39,219 bases of DNA from Phycisphaerae bacterium. GTDB taxonomy: Bacteria; Planctomycetota; Phycisphaerae; JAJVII01. A program made the translations under genes and the position numbers. The DNA is taken from NCBI GenBank assembly GCA_028706835.1, contig JAQTVL010000002.1, positions 1 to 39,219 on the forward strand, written 5' to 3'. Each line of letters starts with the position of its first letter. Positions within the stretch are counted from its first letter, which is position 1. Under the pieces are notes generated by a model. That model searched no databases. It saw only the letters and a list, made by a program, of their open reading frames with translations, and had not been told where the DNA came from. Shown piece by piece: positions 7,901 through 17,042 of this stretch.

Positions 7901-8336
7901 CGGCGGTCTCGGCGACGCGGGCGGCATCGGCCAGAGCACTGACGCCCCGGGCGGCTTTGCCGGCCGCCGTTGCCCCGCCGAAGCTGAGCAGGTTAAACGG
8001 CGACGCCAGGACCTCGACGGCCGTACCCGGGATGTCGCCGCTCTCAAAAGTCCCCTTCTCACCGGCCCCCAGACCGAGCAATTCACGCCCCGACGGCGCC
8101 GGCCCGAAGATCGTCTCCTGCCCAGTCCCCTCGACGCCGAACGCCCGCCCGAGCGCCGCCCGCGTCGCCGCGTCGACATACCCCATCCCAGCGAGCACGC
8201 TGGAGGCCGCGTCGAACGGCACCGACAGCGCCTGTTTCCAGAGCGGCTGCGCGGTCTCGCTCGCAGTCGGCGGTGCGATGGGCGCGCTTGCCCGCCGGCG
8301 ACGGTCCGCGGCTAGACTGGCGCTGATGATGTCCAT
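4992..8336 (-). CDS. Large virion protein, 1114 aa (internal/ejection protein or tape-measure-like)
   Basis: Longest ORF and last gene of the structural operon. Ala-rich helical N-terminal third, no recognisable enzymatic motif. ATG at 8336, 4 nt after the upstream stop. Confidence 0.7.
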   Translation of the reverse strand: MDIISASLAADRRRRASAPIAPPTASETAQPLWKQALSVPFDAASSVLAGMGYVDAATRAALGRAFGVEGTGQETIFGPAPSGRELLGLGAGEKGTFESGDIPGTAVEVLASPFNLLSFGGATAAGKAARGVSALADAARVAETAAKLEKTAPALARAAELAGELGRKGYTLADAPVFPRSLAEQAAKGYRRGLTVGLPFDIGPQISVSLTGGRASGAAFRGLDAARRGVGRFAEPVASRLRPASAPLADAAWNPETLSTVRTELGRDPTSLFNEIPAQARGAKELRDWEIGQAGRAAIGNIERFAAEQPGESVGALKRLAESTEPGREAIRTRFGPKIAAAEAAGDTGKAAGLSNLRDKLLRETAIPLRAEPLQAAKTLTYLALEKGDEAAQKVAGQIDALTTKHAASLAKRDAAIADALQAGDVARVTKLTGLRAAAEAKTASRIETLTSLKDTYAQVQPLLPKPLAFQVEQMRAALGVGFDADVRSGQKLQALSDNLLGYTQRVLNPEAVKWLPKLAADDPLRTVIRDFPTSGRYALERVPELKGLAVPVINDLGRLRGLPGDLFVENPAESMTRRLLSGSRTQFGAGVATGALTLFALPAEKAGPDAVKIADLLAQLKLNRVGGVELPAQAVGKEAIAKALEGTAFAGKYVPAEIAREITKVDRLVNDPESMGKVWKFLNKTNAVYRLAVTQMFPAFHARNAIDDVFRMYLGGFRDPTYLFKAGKLQMAVTNRLAAEAGETIAAGARRATDAEMALYKKGVEYATVGHGMAPETRELLGWGPGAKPGETPGVLSRAASAVAKPFLRPWAKAGIAVGNAAENNRRLAMFLEAKARGLSDREAGGLVKKYLFDYGDLSRFESNTLRRITYFYTYVRKALPLIVKEVVENPNLLRGYGYATGAIGSRSQGVRELLPTWLQERQPFQLPSDAQGQARFISPGLALEEPFSFGTEGKGPVRSLQKIAAQAAPFPRFLLEMLTDTDLRTGRSKLAPDKATTRLIGELPPALQKETRFIADLARFLPSSRFSQTAETLTQAAVGGGNRTGGGAALALLGGLSTQRVNPARARIQGSLGRTEEALTNLEAMGLTDSARAKELRSLRGRLRRQLQKVPA

Positions 8337-8342
8337 GGGGCT

Positions 8343-9464
8343 CTACCAGGTAGTGCTGTCCGCGTTCAGGTCGCCACGCCGATTAAATATCGCTGGGTTG
8401 GGGATGAACCCGCCGAATTGGGGCATGTAGATCATAGATTGTGGCGCCGACAACGCCGGGGCCGGCGCGGGGGCTTCGTACAGCGCCCGGCCGGCTACCG
8501 AGCCCCGCGGCGGATAGCCTACCGCCGTCAACAAGTCACTCGTAGGTGCAAACGTATGGCCCAGGTCCAGGCCGAATTGTCCCCACGTGCGCGATGCGGG
8601 CGGCTTAGCGGCCGGCGCCATGACCACTTTGTTGTCCAGGCCAAGACTGGCCTGTGGGTACACGGCCGTACGTTGCGCCCGGTCTGCCAACTGGCTCCGC
8701 ATCAGCTCCGCGTGCCGCGTCATGCTCTTCCGCAAATCGGGGCTCTGCACCCCGGGCAACGCCGCGTCGTAGAACCGGACATAAGCCGCGTAGAGCTTGG
8801 CTTTTTCCTCCGGATCGGCACTCGCCTGAAACGCTGCAATCAGCGGAGTCACCTGTTCGAGCACCGCCGTATCATCGCCCTCCAGTTGCGCGAGCTGGTT
8901 CTTTTCGCTGCCCTCGGCCAGCTTCACGCGCCGCTCCTCAAACCCCATTTCACGCTCGCGAAAAGCATCCTGCACCGCCTGCCGATCGGCCTCGGTCTGT
9001 GCCCGGGCCTGCTCGCGCATCGTCTCGGCCCCGAACCGCCCGAACATCTCCCCCAGCCGGGCCGTCCGATTCTTGCTATTCTGTTCGGCCTCCGCTTGGA
9101 GCGCCCGCTCCTGCCGGGCACTGGAGCCGGCCTCGGCCGACCTCTGCCGTGCCGCCGCGGCGGCTTCCTGTTCGGCGGCACGCGCCGTTGCGGCCGCGCG
9201 GTCCTTGCTCCTCTCGGCACCCGACCAGCCCTGCTCAAAGCCTGCCTGCGTCTCGCGGCTGGCCCGGTCGGCATTCCGCTGGCTGATCTCCGCCGCACTG
9301 CGCGCCCCGGCCGCCTGGCCTTCGCCGATCGCCCGGCCAGCCCCGACCATGTTCGCGTTCGCTTCCTCCAGCGCCCGCGCCCGCGCCTGCATAGCCTGCT
9401 GGGCCAACGCCGCCAGATAACCCATCGGCATCGACACGCCGTTGAGCGGGTTCACAAACGCCAT
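8343..9464 (-). CDS. Virion-associated protein, 373 aa, coiled-coil/charged-repeat rich
   Basis: Track ORF. ATG preceded by GAGGTG. Long Ala/Glu/Arg/Gln helical region typical of internal or ejection proteins. Confidence 0.65.
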   Translation of the reverse strand: MAFVNPLNGVSMPMGYLAALAQQAMQARARALEEANANMVGAGRAIGEGQAAGARSAAEISQRNADRASRETQAGFEQGWSGAERSKDRAAATARAAEQEAAAAARQRSAEAGSSARQERALQAEAEQNSKNRTARLGEMFGRFGAETMREQARAQTEADRQAVQDAFREREMGFEERRVKLAEGSEKNQLAQLEGDDTAVLEQVTPLIAAFQASADPEEKAKLYAAYVRFYDAALPGVQSPDLRKSMTRHAELMRSQLADRAQRTAVYPQASLGLDNKVVMAPAAKPPASRTWGQFGLDLGHTFAPTSDLLTAVGYPPRGSVAGRALYEAPAPAPALSAPQSMIYMPQFGGFIPNPAIFNRRGDLNADSTTW

Positions 9465-9500
9465 ACGTCACCTCATCCGGCAAGGGCTCTCGGGCCGTGT

Positions 9501-10793
9501 TCACGCCGGCTGCCAATCGGCGAACTTGTTCAGTCCAAACCCGGTCAAATTTCCGAGCGTGCTGTTCAGCAACCCGGCGCCCGTGTCATTCGTCGAGCCG
9601 ACCGCATCCCAAGCCGAATTCGCCTGCGTCTGCCCGGCCTGGACCTGGGCGATTGTCCCGAGCAGCGCCGAGTACGCCGCGGCCTTCTCGGCCTCGGTCC
9701 CCGACCGGATCGCGTTGTTGAACCGATTGATCTCGTCCAGGAGCTGGCCCGGCAGCATCAGGTTTTCGGGCTGCTCGTTGCTCGCGCGGTTCAGGTTCGC
9801 GTTCGTCACGCCGCCCTCATACTGCGTCTGAATTCCGGCCTGCGTGCCGAACAGGGCATTGGCGAGCGTGCCGCGCGTCTCTTCGATCCACTGGTCGATC
9901 GCGTCGCCCTTGCCGTACTGGTCCTCAGCGACCGTCGTGTACGCCGTATCCAGATTGCCTTTCGTGCCGTACAGGCTGCCGAGCAACTGGGCCATGGTGG
10001 TCGCCGCCTGGTCGCCGCGGCCGGCCGACTGCACCGCGTTCTGCACCATCAGGTCCCGCCGGTTCGCGTCGATCGCCTGACCGCCACTGCTCGCGGCGAT
10101 GGCCTTCAAGGCCGCGACCGCCCCGGGTGCCAGCCCCCGGGCCGCCGCGCTGTCCTCGATCGAACTCGTCGCCAACGCTTCCTGGGCGTGTTGGTTGTCG
10201 GCATAGGTGGACGCCATGCGTTCGATGTCGGTCGGACTGTAGATGTTGGGGTTGTCCCGCACCCCGGTGAAATACTTCTGGGTCTCGTCGGCCACGCCCT
10301 GCACCTTGCCGGTGATCTCGTCGCGCCGCCCCTCCGTCGCCCCGGCCCGGCCCCGCGCCGCCGCGCTCTGGGCCTTCTGCGCGTCGATGCGTTCCAGGCT
10401 ATCCGTCCGAAACGTCCCCACATCCTCGGCCAGGCCCTTGAGCGGGCTGTTGGTCGCATTCTCGATGTTGCGGTCGAGGTACGTATTCTGCCGGCCGCGG
10501 GCGCCCTGGTTCTCGGCGAGCTGGGCCAGGTATGTCGCCCCGGTCGGGCTGTACCGGCCCAGCTCGTTCAGCGCATTGCGAAATGCGTCGCGCGTGCTGG
10601 GCTCCAGGCTGTCGATCGCGGAGATCCCGGTCTGGCCCTGCCCGACCAGCTCCTGATCGGCCTGCACGGTCCCGGGGTTATACCCACGATTCGTGCCCAG
10701 GTTCGCCAGCCGCCCCGATTCACTCTGCGCCGCCAGACTGGCCCCGCCCGTGGCCAGTTCCAGGAGCCGGTAGATCGTCATCAACGGGTCCAT
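9501..10793 (-). CDS. Virion-associated protein, 430 aa
   Basis: Track ORF. ATG preceded by TAGGAGCGGACGC (SD AGGAG). Gln/Asn/Gly/Ala-rich, non-Arg-biased composition. Confidence 0.65.
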   Translation of the reverse strand: MDPLMTIYRLLELATGGASLAAQSESGRLANLGTNRGYNPGTVQADQELVGQGQTGISAIDSLEPSTRDAFRNALNELGRYSPTGATYLAQLAENQGARGRQNTYLDRNIENATNSPLKGLAEDVGTFRTDSLERIDAQKAQSAAARGRAGATEGRRDEITGKVQGVADETQKYFTGVRDNPNIYSPTDIERMASTYADNQHAQEALATSSIEDSAAARGLAPGAVAALKAIAASSGGQAIDANRRDLMVQNAVQSAGRGDQAATTMAQLLGSLYGTKGNLDTAYTTVAEDQYGKGDAIDQWIEETRGTLANALFGTQAGIQTQYEGGVTNANLNRASNEQPENLMLPGQLLDEINRFNNAIRSGTEAEKAAAYSALLGTIAQVQAGQTQANSAWDAVGSTNDTGAGLLNSTLGNLTGFGLNKFADWQPA

Positions 10794-10803
10794 GCGTCCG
10801 CTC

Positions 10804-11496
10804 CTACGTCCGAATCCACCATTGCACCGCGGTCGCCGCCAGCTCCCACGGATTGCCGGCGAGTTGGGCGCGGCTGGGGAGCACGAAATACCCGGCCCGC
10901 GTCGCCACGCCGCACAGGCTGCCCAGGTATTTCGACAGCTCCGGATAGCTGTGTATTTGCACTTCGCCGCCGTCGCACAGCAGCCACCCGGGCGGCGGCG
11001 GCCAGCCCTGGGCGTTGATCGTCCGGCGAATGTCCCCGGTGGCCCACGGGAACCGTGTCCCGGGCAAGTCGCCCTTGACGAGCGCGATCAGCCCATCCAC
11101 GCGGGTCTGGTAATCCTTCAGCCGCGTGCCGAGCTGGTCGAGGGCTTTCTGCTGGGTCGCGGTCTGCTTGTCGATCGCCTTCTGATTATCGTCGAGACTC
11201 TTTTGCGTCTCGTCGCGTTCGGTCTGCAGCGTCGTGCGCAGGTCGTTGCTCGCCTCCGTCAACGTGTTCAGGGCCTGCTGTAGAAAGTCCTGCGCCTGGG
11301 CCAGGTCGGCGATGCGCTGGTCGTCGGCCTGCTGCATGGCCGTCAGCCGGTCGGCGAGTTGCTGGTCCCGGCTCTCGGCCGCCGCGCTCTCCGCCCGTTG
11401 CAGCCCCAGCGCAAAAGCATTCTGGCTGGCCGTCGTCGCGCGTTGCAGGGCGACGGCCAGGGGCAGCGGCGGACTCGCGGGTACGTAGTTGCCCAT
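10804..11496 (-). CDS. Tail fibre protein with coiled-coil N-terminus and phage tail-collar-type C-terminal domain (230 aa)
   Basis: PPGWLLCDGGEVQIHSYPELSKYLGSLCG...GYFVLPS matches the tail-collar signature (P.GW..CDG......YP.L...G....F.LP). The ATG at 11496 overlaps the upstream stop (TGATG). The track extension to 11592 overlaps the previous gene. Confidence 0.7.
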   Translation of the reverse strand: MGNYVPASPPLPLAVALQRATTASQNAFALGLQRAESAAAESRDQQLADRLTAMQQADDQRIADLAQAQDFLQQALNTLTEASNDLRTTLQTERDETQKSLDDNQKAIDKQTATQQKALDQLGTRLKDYQTRVDGLIALVKGDLPGTRFPWATGDIRRTINAQGWPPPPGWLLCDGGEVQIHSYPELSKYLGSLCGVATRAGYFVLPSRAQLAGNPWELAATAVQWWIRT

Positions 11497-13436
11497 CACA
11501 TTTGTCCGATCGCCGAGGCCTCGATTTCGACGCCCGTAATCCGCGGCCGGTGCGCGTGCGTCCCGCTCAGCTTGAACCGCAGCGTATTGCACACCCGCCC
11601 CAGGATGAACTTGAGCAGCCCCAGCCCGGCGGTGTCCGTCTTGGCCGCGCTCGTCACGGTCGCCGACTGGTCCACGCTCACGCCGAGCGTCAGCGCGAGG
11701 GTCGCACTCGCGTCTTTATCAAACTCGACATTGGCGTCGTACACCCACTTCTTGTAGGGCGTGCCGAAATCCGTGGGGCCGCTGTCGTAGAACCATGCCA
11801 CGGCGGTCGTGCCCAGGTCGCGTTGCTCGGGGTCGCCGTCGCGCCGCAGGGCCGCCAGGTCCCCGCTCAGGCTGCCCCCATGTGCTGCCAGCCAGGCCAG
11901 CAGCCGTGCCGGCTCGACCAGGCTGCCGGCGAGCCAGCGGGCGGTGGTCAGCCCGACCGCGCCCAAGTCCCACTTGTGCCACTGCCGCGTGGGAAGGTGG
12001 TACACCAGCGTCTGGGCGGTCGTGTAGGTCGTGTCCAGGTAGCCGAACAGCACGAGCGCGTCGCGTTCCGGGTCGTAGGCCAGCGTCCGCCACTCGGGAT
12101 CGCGGTAGAGTTGGTACAGCTCGGCCACGTCGTCGCTGATCCGCTCCAGGCTGTCGGCCCGCAGCGCGTACACGCCGTCGTGCCCCGCGAAATAGACCGT
12201 GCCGCGCGCCTCGGCGACGGCGGCCGGGCTCGCCAGCCCCAGCGTCTGGTCGATGCCGCCGAGCACCGGATCGACGCGATAGCTTTCGGGTCCGCTGCCG
12301 GTCACGACGTGCAGCGAGCCGCGTTTCAAAATGAAAAGGCCGCCGGCCAGCGGCCACAGGCGCAGGGCCTCGTCGTCGGCGTCCTCGCCCACGCTCCAAC
12401 TGTTCGTCAGGCGGAAGCTGTGGTATTTCTGGAACTCCGAGCCATACAGCGTGTTCGGACCTTCGAGCACCCACAGCCGCCCCTGCCAGATACAGGCATC
12501 GTTGCCGGCGCTGGGCTGGTAGCTGGCCAGCGGGTCGAGCAGGTTCGACGCCGACTTGTCGGGGACGGTCAACTCGTCGTAAAAGTGGGTCGTGGCGCCG
12601 GGGACGAACGCGATCCGCCCGACCTTGTAATACTGGCTGTCCACCGTGTCCTGCTTGCGGTACCAGTCCACCTGCGTCACGCCGCCGGCGGCGTCGGCCG
12701 AGGTCGGCGCCACGCTCACGTGAACGCGCGAGTCCGCGGCGATCGTCACGCTGGCCGGCGTGTCCAGATTGGCCGGGCTCTGGCTGCCCGTGTCCGTGTT
12801 CACGAAGACGGCGGTATAGAGATACGTCCCGGGCGGCACCCCGCCGGGCAGCGCCGCCGCGCCCACGTAGACGTTGTCGCCGTTGCCCGGGCGCGCGATG
12901 AAGAACTGGTGAACGACATTGGCCGCCGCGCCCGTCAGGTGATACAGCACCCGGGGCACCATGTTGTACGCCGGCCGCACGAGCCACCAGTGCCCGAGGT
13001 GCACCAGCCCGCAGCGGTAGCCCAGGTGGCCGCTGCCCAGCGTTTCGCCGAACAGCACGATTTCCGAATCGTCGTAGCGGCCGGACATGAATTGTTCGAG
13101 CGGCATCAGAAACACGCACACGTACGGCGCCCCGCCGGCATCCACCTCGGCCAGCACGAGCAGGTGCGGATACCGCCAGCCCCAGGCCGAGACCACGCCG
13201 CCGTGCCGATCGTCGAGGCAGGGCACGGCCCGCAGCACGTGCCGCACGCTGATGGTCCCGCCCTGGGGCATCACCAGCTCCAGCCCCGGCCGCCGGCGGA
13301 GGTCGCCCGCGGCGGTGGTCACGTTCAGGCTGTCGTAGCAGCTCCCGGCCGGCACGCGCGTGGCGGGTCCGCGTTTCAGACCGCCAAACGGCCCGCGGTA
13401 CGGCACAAGATTTCCAGGGCTACGCGGCACACGCAT
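11496..13436 (-). CDS. Large tail structural protein, 646 aa (tail tubular/baseplate-like)
   Basis: Track ORF. The N-terminal GGLKRGPATRVPAGSCYDSLNV...GDLRRRPG pattern resembles the N-termini of podovirus tail tubular-type proteins (from memory, unverified). Confidence 0.65.
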   Translation of the reverse strand: MRVPRSPGNLVPYRGPFGGLKRGPATRVPAGSCYDSLNVTTAAGDLRRRPGLELVMPQGGTISVRHVLRAVPCLDDRHGGVVSAWGWRYPHLLVLAEVDAGGAPYVCVFLMPLEQFMSGRYDDSEIVLFGETLGSGHLGYRCGLVHLGHWWLVRPAYNMVPRVLYHLTGAAANVVHQFFIARPGNGDNVYVGAAALPGGVPPGTYLYTAVFVNTDTGSQSPANLDTPASVTIAADSRVHVSVAPTSADAAGGVTQVDWYRKQDTVDSQYYKVGRIAFVPGATTHFYDELTVPDKSASNLLDPLASYQPSAGNDACIWQGRLWVLEGPNTLYGSEFQKYHSFRLTNSWSVGEDADDEALRLWPLAGGLFILKRGSLHVVTGSGPESYRVDPVLGGIDQTLGLASPAAVAEARGTVYFAGHDGVYALRADSLERISDDVAELYQLYRDPEWRTLAYDPERDALVLFGYLDTTYTTAQTLVYHLPTRQWHKWDLGAVGLTTARWLAGSLVEPARLLAWLAAHGGSLSGDLAALRRDGDPEQRDLGTTAVAWFYDSGPTDFGTPYKKWVYDANVEFDKDASATLALTLGVSVDQSATVTSAAKTDTAGLGLLKFILGRVCNTLRFKLSGTHAHRPRITGVEIEASAIGQM

Positions 13437-13478
13437 CCTTCGTCGTAGCGTCCGGGCTCTGTACCGGACGACTTGGGT

Positions 13479-13721
13479 TCAGACCACGGCGATCGCGGTC
13501 GCGGTCTGCACGCGCAGGACGCCGCCCGACACCTCGCTGATCCACAGCGCGCCGCTGACCGTGCCGACGTACGGCGCGGCGCCGAGCAAGGTCGCCTGCA
13601 GCGCCGCCGCGGCCACGATTTTGGCATTCTGCGCAATCACCAGCGCCGCTTCGGCCGCGACCTGATTGGCCGCGGCGGTCACGTACGCTTCCAACAGGGC
13701 TTGTTGCGTCGGGGCCGGCAT
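13479..13721 (-). CDS. Small structural-module protein (80 aa, Ala-rich)
   Basis: The ATG at 13721 is preceded by GAGGATTTTGCTT. The track start at 13727 is a TTG two codons upstream. Confidence 0.5.
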   Translation of the reverse strand: MPAPTQQALLEAYVTAAANQVAAEAALVIAQNAKIVAAAALQATLLGAAPYVGTVSGALWISEVSGGVLRVQTATAIAVV

Positions 13722-13793
13722 AAGCAAAATCCTCGAGTTTCACGGATCCGTTCTTAAACTCACATTCGGCTCTGTGCCTCGGTGCCTCGGTGG

Positions 13794-14477
13794 TTATCTG
13801 CGCTGGTCGCTGGCACGGGCGACCGCCGTTTCACCGATCAGGTTCACGATCAGGACGTGCAGCGTGCTCGCCGCCCGGTCGGCGTAGCGGCTCGCGGCCG
13901 CGCTGCCCGTCGGGAGCAGGCGGGCCGTCGCCCCGTCCACGATCACGTCGGACCATTCCAGCGGCAACGCCGCGAACGGTTTCGTCGTGCCGGGCGTTAC
14001 GGCCGCGGCCGGCAAGGCCCCGACGTAGCGCAGGGTGATCGTCGCCGCCTCCGGCGCGCCGGCCGGCGACAGGAACCGCAGCACCAGGCCCTCGTGGACC
14101 ACGGCCCAGGTGCCGGTCAGGTTCGGGTCGCACAGGTCCATCAGCTCGCGCCCCTCGACGAACGTCAAATCCAGGGGCACGGTGCCGGCCACGGTGTATT
14201 TCGCTTCCAGGAGCTTGCGGATGCGCGGCTCGGTGCTCAGCGTGCCGTCCGGCAGGGCGAGGCTCGTCGCGCCGAGCGCGACGGTGCGGGTCGCGGTAAT
14301 CACGAGCGCTCGGCGGTTGGCCCGGGCGATCGCCTCGACCACGACGCGCGCGGCGGCGTTCAAGGCCGCGCAGACGCGCTCGGCACCCAAGCCCGCCACC
14401 TTGGCGTTTTCCAGGTTGAGCTGGTCGTTCACCGCCGCAATCAACTGGTCATTCGTGAGGGCGTCGTAATAGGCCAT
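13794..14477 (-). CDS. Head-tail joining/adaptor-like protein (227 aa), paralogue of the upstream gene
   Basis: MAYYDALTNDQLIAAV... The ATG at 14477 overlaps the upstream stop (TGATG). Shares ...LP....PG......LPLEW..I...A.A.L with the 14477..15142 product. Confidence 0.6.
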   Translation of the reverse strand: MAYYDALTNDQLIAAVNDQLNLENAKVAGLGAERVCAALNAAARVVVEAIARANRRALVITATRTVALGATSLALPDGTLSTEPRIRKLLEAKYTVAGTVPLDLTFVEGRELMDLCDPNLTGTWAVVHEGLVLRFLSPAGAPEAATITLRYVGALPAAAVTPGTTKPFAALPLEWSDVIVDGATARLLPTGSAAASRYADRAASTLHVLIVNLIGETAVARASDQRR

Positions 14478-15142
14478 CACCCATTCTCCGCCGTGTTTTC
14501 CTGTCCGCGAATCCCGAGCAGCAGCTCGTCGCGGTCCTCGGCGTAGTCCTGGTACAGGCTCTGCCAATCCGGCGCCCGCATCACGCGCAATGCCAGGGCC
14601 GCCGCGTTCTTGGCAATCAGCGGATGCCACTCCAGCGGCAACTTGTCGGCAGTCCCCACCCCAGCCGCCTTGCCAGGGGTGTCGCTACCGGCGGTCATGT
14701 TCGGCAGGCCGTGGTGGTAGTACACGGTCAGGCTGGCCGCCGCCGGCGGATTGAGCACGCCGACCTGCTCACCGTAGGTGCAGACCCGCGGCCGGACGGC
14801 GGCGGCAGCGCCGATTTTCAGCGTCTGATCGTCGAACCGGACCACGTCCAGGCCGCCGGCGTCGGCCCCATCGGTGCGTCGCGCGGCGATGATCTTCTTG
14901 ACCCGGGTGTAGCCCAGCGCATTCGTCGGCGTGGCGACGTACAGCGGCCCGCTCACGGCGAACAGCGTGAGCGTGCCCTCGGTCAGAAACAGCCCCTGTT
15001 GCACGGTGCGCGCCAGGTTCCACATTTTCTGCAGGCTGGCGTTGAGCAGCGTCCAAATTGTGGCCTGGACAAACGGCTCCGCGGTCGGCGCCTTGTCGAA
15101 GATCAGCTCGCGAAACAACGTCTCCAGCTCAGTCAGCGTCAT
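14477..15142 (-). CDS. Head-tail joining/adaptor-like protein (221 aa)
   Basis: Track ORF. ATGA overlap with the upstream stop. Similar in size and C-terminal motif to the next gene. Confidence 0.6.
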   Translation of the reverse strand: MTLTELETLFRELIFDKAPTAEPFVQATIWTLLNASLQKMWNLARTVQQGLFLTEGTLTLFAVSGPLYVATPTNALGYTRVKKIIAARRTDGADAGGLDVVRFDDQTLKIGAAAAVRPRVCTYGEQVGVLNPPAAASLTVYYHHGLPNMTAGSDTPGKAAGVGTADKLPLEWHPLIAKNAAALALRVMRAPDWQSLYQDYAEDRDELLLGIRGQENTAENG

Positions 15143-17016
15143 GGCATCACCAGCGCTCCCCCGCCGCCGCCGCTCGTATCCGGCCGGAACACCTCGTAGC
15201 GGCCCGCGAAGCTCCAGCTCACGCCGGCCGCCGGCGTCGGCAGGCCCGTGAGGTCGTAGGTCGTATAGACCTTGCGGCTGCCCGCGTTGTTGAACGTGCG
15301 CGCCCCGGGTCCGATGGCCGCGGTACGCAAGACGACCGGCTCGCCCGGATACGACAATTCCGAAACGCTGGAGTAGAGGGTATTCGATTCGTTCATCACG
15401 TACGGCGTGTCGTCGTACGGCACGCGCACGACGCCGACCTTGCTCGAAAGCGCCGCGAGCAAGCTGGGGCTGGGGCCGTACACCAGGTCGAAGATCGCCG
15501 CGTTACCGAACGTCAGCGTGAGCTGCACGTTCATCCCGCTGGTGTCGAACGAGTGCATCCAGCGCAAGGCCGTAGCGCCGCCGGTGCGGGCGGTGCCGCC
15601 GACCAGGTGCGTCAGCCGGTCGCCCAGGTACACCGTGCCATACGGAATCGTCACGCCCGCGTCGGTCATGTCGCCGATCGACACGCCATCCCGGATCAAG
15701 GTCGAGTGCGCGGTGTTGACCAGCGGATTGTCCGAGCCGGTTACATAGTGCGGCGCTTCCAGCGCGGTCCACGTCTTGCGGGTGTGGCATTTCCAGGTCA
15801 CGGCATCATCGACCACGGTCTGCCCGACCGTCGTCGGCCAGGTCGGCTCCACGAGCCCCGTCTTGAAATCGCCGCTGCGCGCCGTGCATTCGTATTTGTA
15901 CAACAGGGCGTTGGCCGGGTTGGTCGGCACGACGAAGGCACCCACCGCCGTAACGGTGTCGGCGGCCCACGGGGACCGGGCCTCATCGTGCTTGACGATC
16001 GGGCTGGCCGTGTTCGGGTCCACGTGCCGCCAGGCAGTGTCGTGCGGATACCAGGTGGGGATGTGGACGTTCTTCGTCTGGCCCGGACCCGCATTCTGGC
16101 CGTAGTAAACCACAAACGAGCCCGTTTCCAAACGGGCGTCTCCGGTCACGGTGATCTGGCTCGTCGTCGGGCGGGTCACGATCTCGTAGCGGTGCCCGCT
16201 GGTATCGAACTCGATATAGCCGCCGGCGACGCCCGAGGATTGGAACGTCGCGGCCACCGTCGTGATCGTCGAGTTCGGCGCGGCATAAGTGATTGTGCCG
16301 CCCGTCACGGTGCCGGTGATCCGCTCGGTAATCAGGGCCACATGTCCGTTGCCAACCCATTTTCCATCGACCCCATCGACCGCCCGCGGGTCGGCGCGCA
16401 CGGTGCTGCTCCACGACGTGGCGCTGACCAGGTACAGGTACTTGGTGCCGGTGCCCGTGATCTCCAGGAACACGTAGCGGTCCGTCTCCGCCGCACCGCA
16501 GTGAAAGTACCGTTCGAGCAGGCGCGTACTGCCGCCGCCGGCGCCGCCGCCCGGAAACGGATCGCCGAACGCCACCGCGTTGGCGATGTTCGTATCCGGA
16601 CCGATCTTGACGGTGATGCTCGGCCAGTTCGAGCTGAGTTGCGTATAAAGCAGACTGAAGTAATCGTGTCCGGCGGGCAGCAGGAACCGGGCCACGGCAT
16701 TGGCCCCGGCCCGCACGGCATGACCGGTCGAATTCCCCTGGCTATTGGTATTCCAGGCCCATGTGCCGCTGACCTCGACCAAGCGCCCATCCTGCTTCGT
16801 GCTGATCCGGCGGGAATGGGGGTAGCCCGTCTGGATGGTCTGCACGCCGAGCGAGTTCAAGGAAGAGATCGAGCCCTCGTTGGCGTTGTCCCACCAGGAT
16901 TCGGCCAACGCGTATTCGGTCCACAAGCCGGTCGCCGACTGGCTCGCCGGCACCAGGCCGACATAGCCCTTCAGTTGCGCCGGATGTCGATACACGGCCG
17001 GTTGCAGGGCAGGCAT
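15139..17016 (-). CDS. Large structural protein, 625 aa (tail/receptor-binding candidate)
   Basis: Track ORF. ATG at 17016 preceded by GAGGTGAAAC. Thr/Gly/Val-rich beta-type composition. Confidence 0.65.
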   Translation of the reverse strand: MPALQPAVYRHPAQLKGYVGLVPASQSATGLWTEYALAESWWDNANEGSISSLNSLGVQTIQTGYPHSRRISTKQDGRLVEVSGTWAWNTNSQGNSTGHAVRAGANAVARFLLPAGHDYFSLLYTQLSSNWPSITVKIGPDTNIANAVAFGDPFPGGGAGGGSTRLLERYFHCGAAETDRYVFLEITGTGTKYLYLVSATSWSSTVRADPRAVDGVDGKWVGNGHVALITERITGTVTGGTITYAAPNSTITTVAATFQSSGVAGGYIEFDTSGHRYEIVTRPTTSQITVTGDARLETGSFVVYYGQNAGPGQTKNVHIPTWYPHDTAWRHVDPNTASPIVKHDEARSPWAADTVTAVGAFVVPTNPANALLYKYECTARSGDFKTGLVEPTWPTTVGQTVVDDAVTWKCHTRKTWTALEAPHYVTGSDNPLVNTAHSTLIRDGVSIGDMTDAGVTIPYGTVYLGDRLTHLVGGTARTGGATALRWMHSFDTSGMNVQLTLTFGNAAIFDLVYGPSPSLLAALSSKVGVVRVPYDDTPYVMNESNTLYSSVSELSYPGEPVVLRTAAIGPGARTFNNAGSRKVYTTYDLTGLPTPAAGVSWSFAGRYEVFRPDTSGGGGGALVMP

Positions 17017-17042
17017 GTTTCACCTCGCGCTCAAGCGCCGCG

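Noticed and set aside
8418-11018. 866-aa plus-strand ORF across three minus-strand virion genes
   Set aside because: Same shadow-ORF composition (R/G/P/L-rich, no motifs). The minus-strand genes have RBSs and coupled starts and stops.
12323-12337. Sixth parS-like site GTTTCA-AAA-TGAAAA
   Set aside because: It has one arm mismatch, lies deep inside a structural gene, and has no regulatory context. It was not counted.
11502-13448. 648-aa plus-strand ORF and the 466-aa alternative minus frame (11719..13119)
   Set aside because: Both are Arg/Gly-dominated. The chosen minus frame (11496..13436) has balanced composition and operon coupling.
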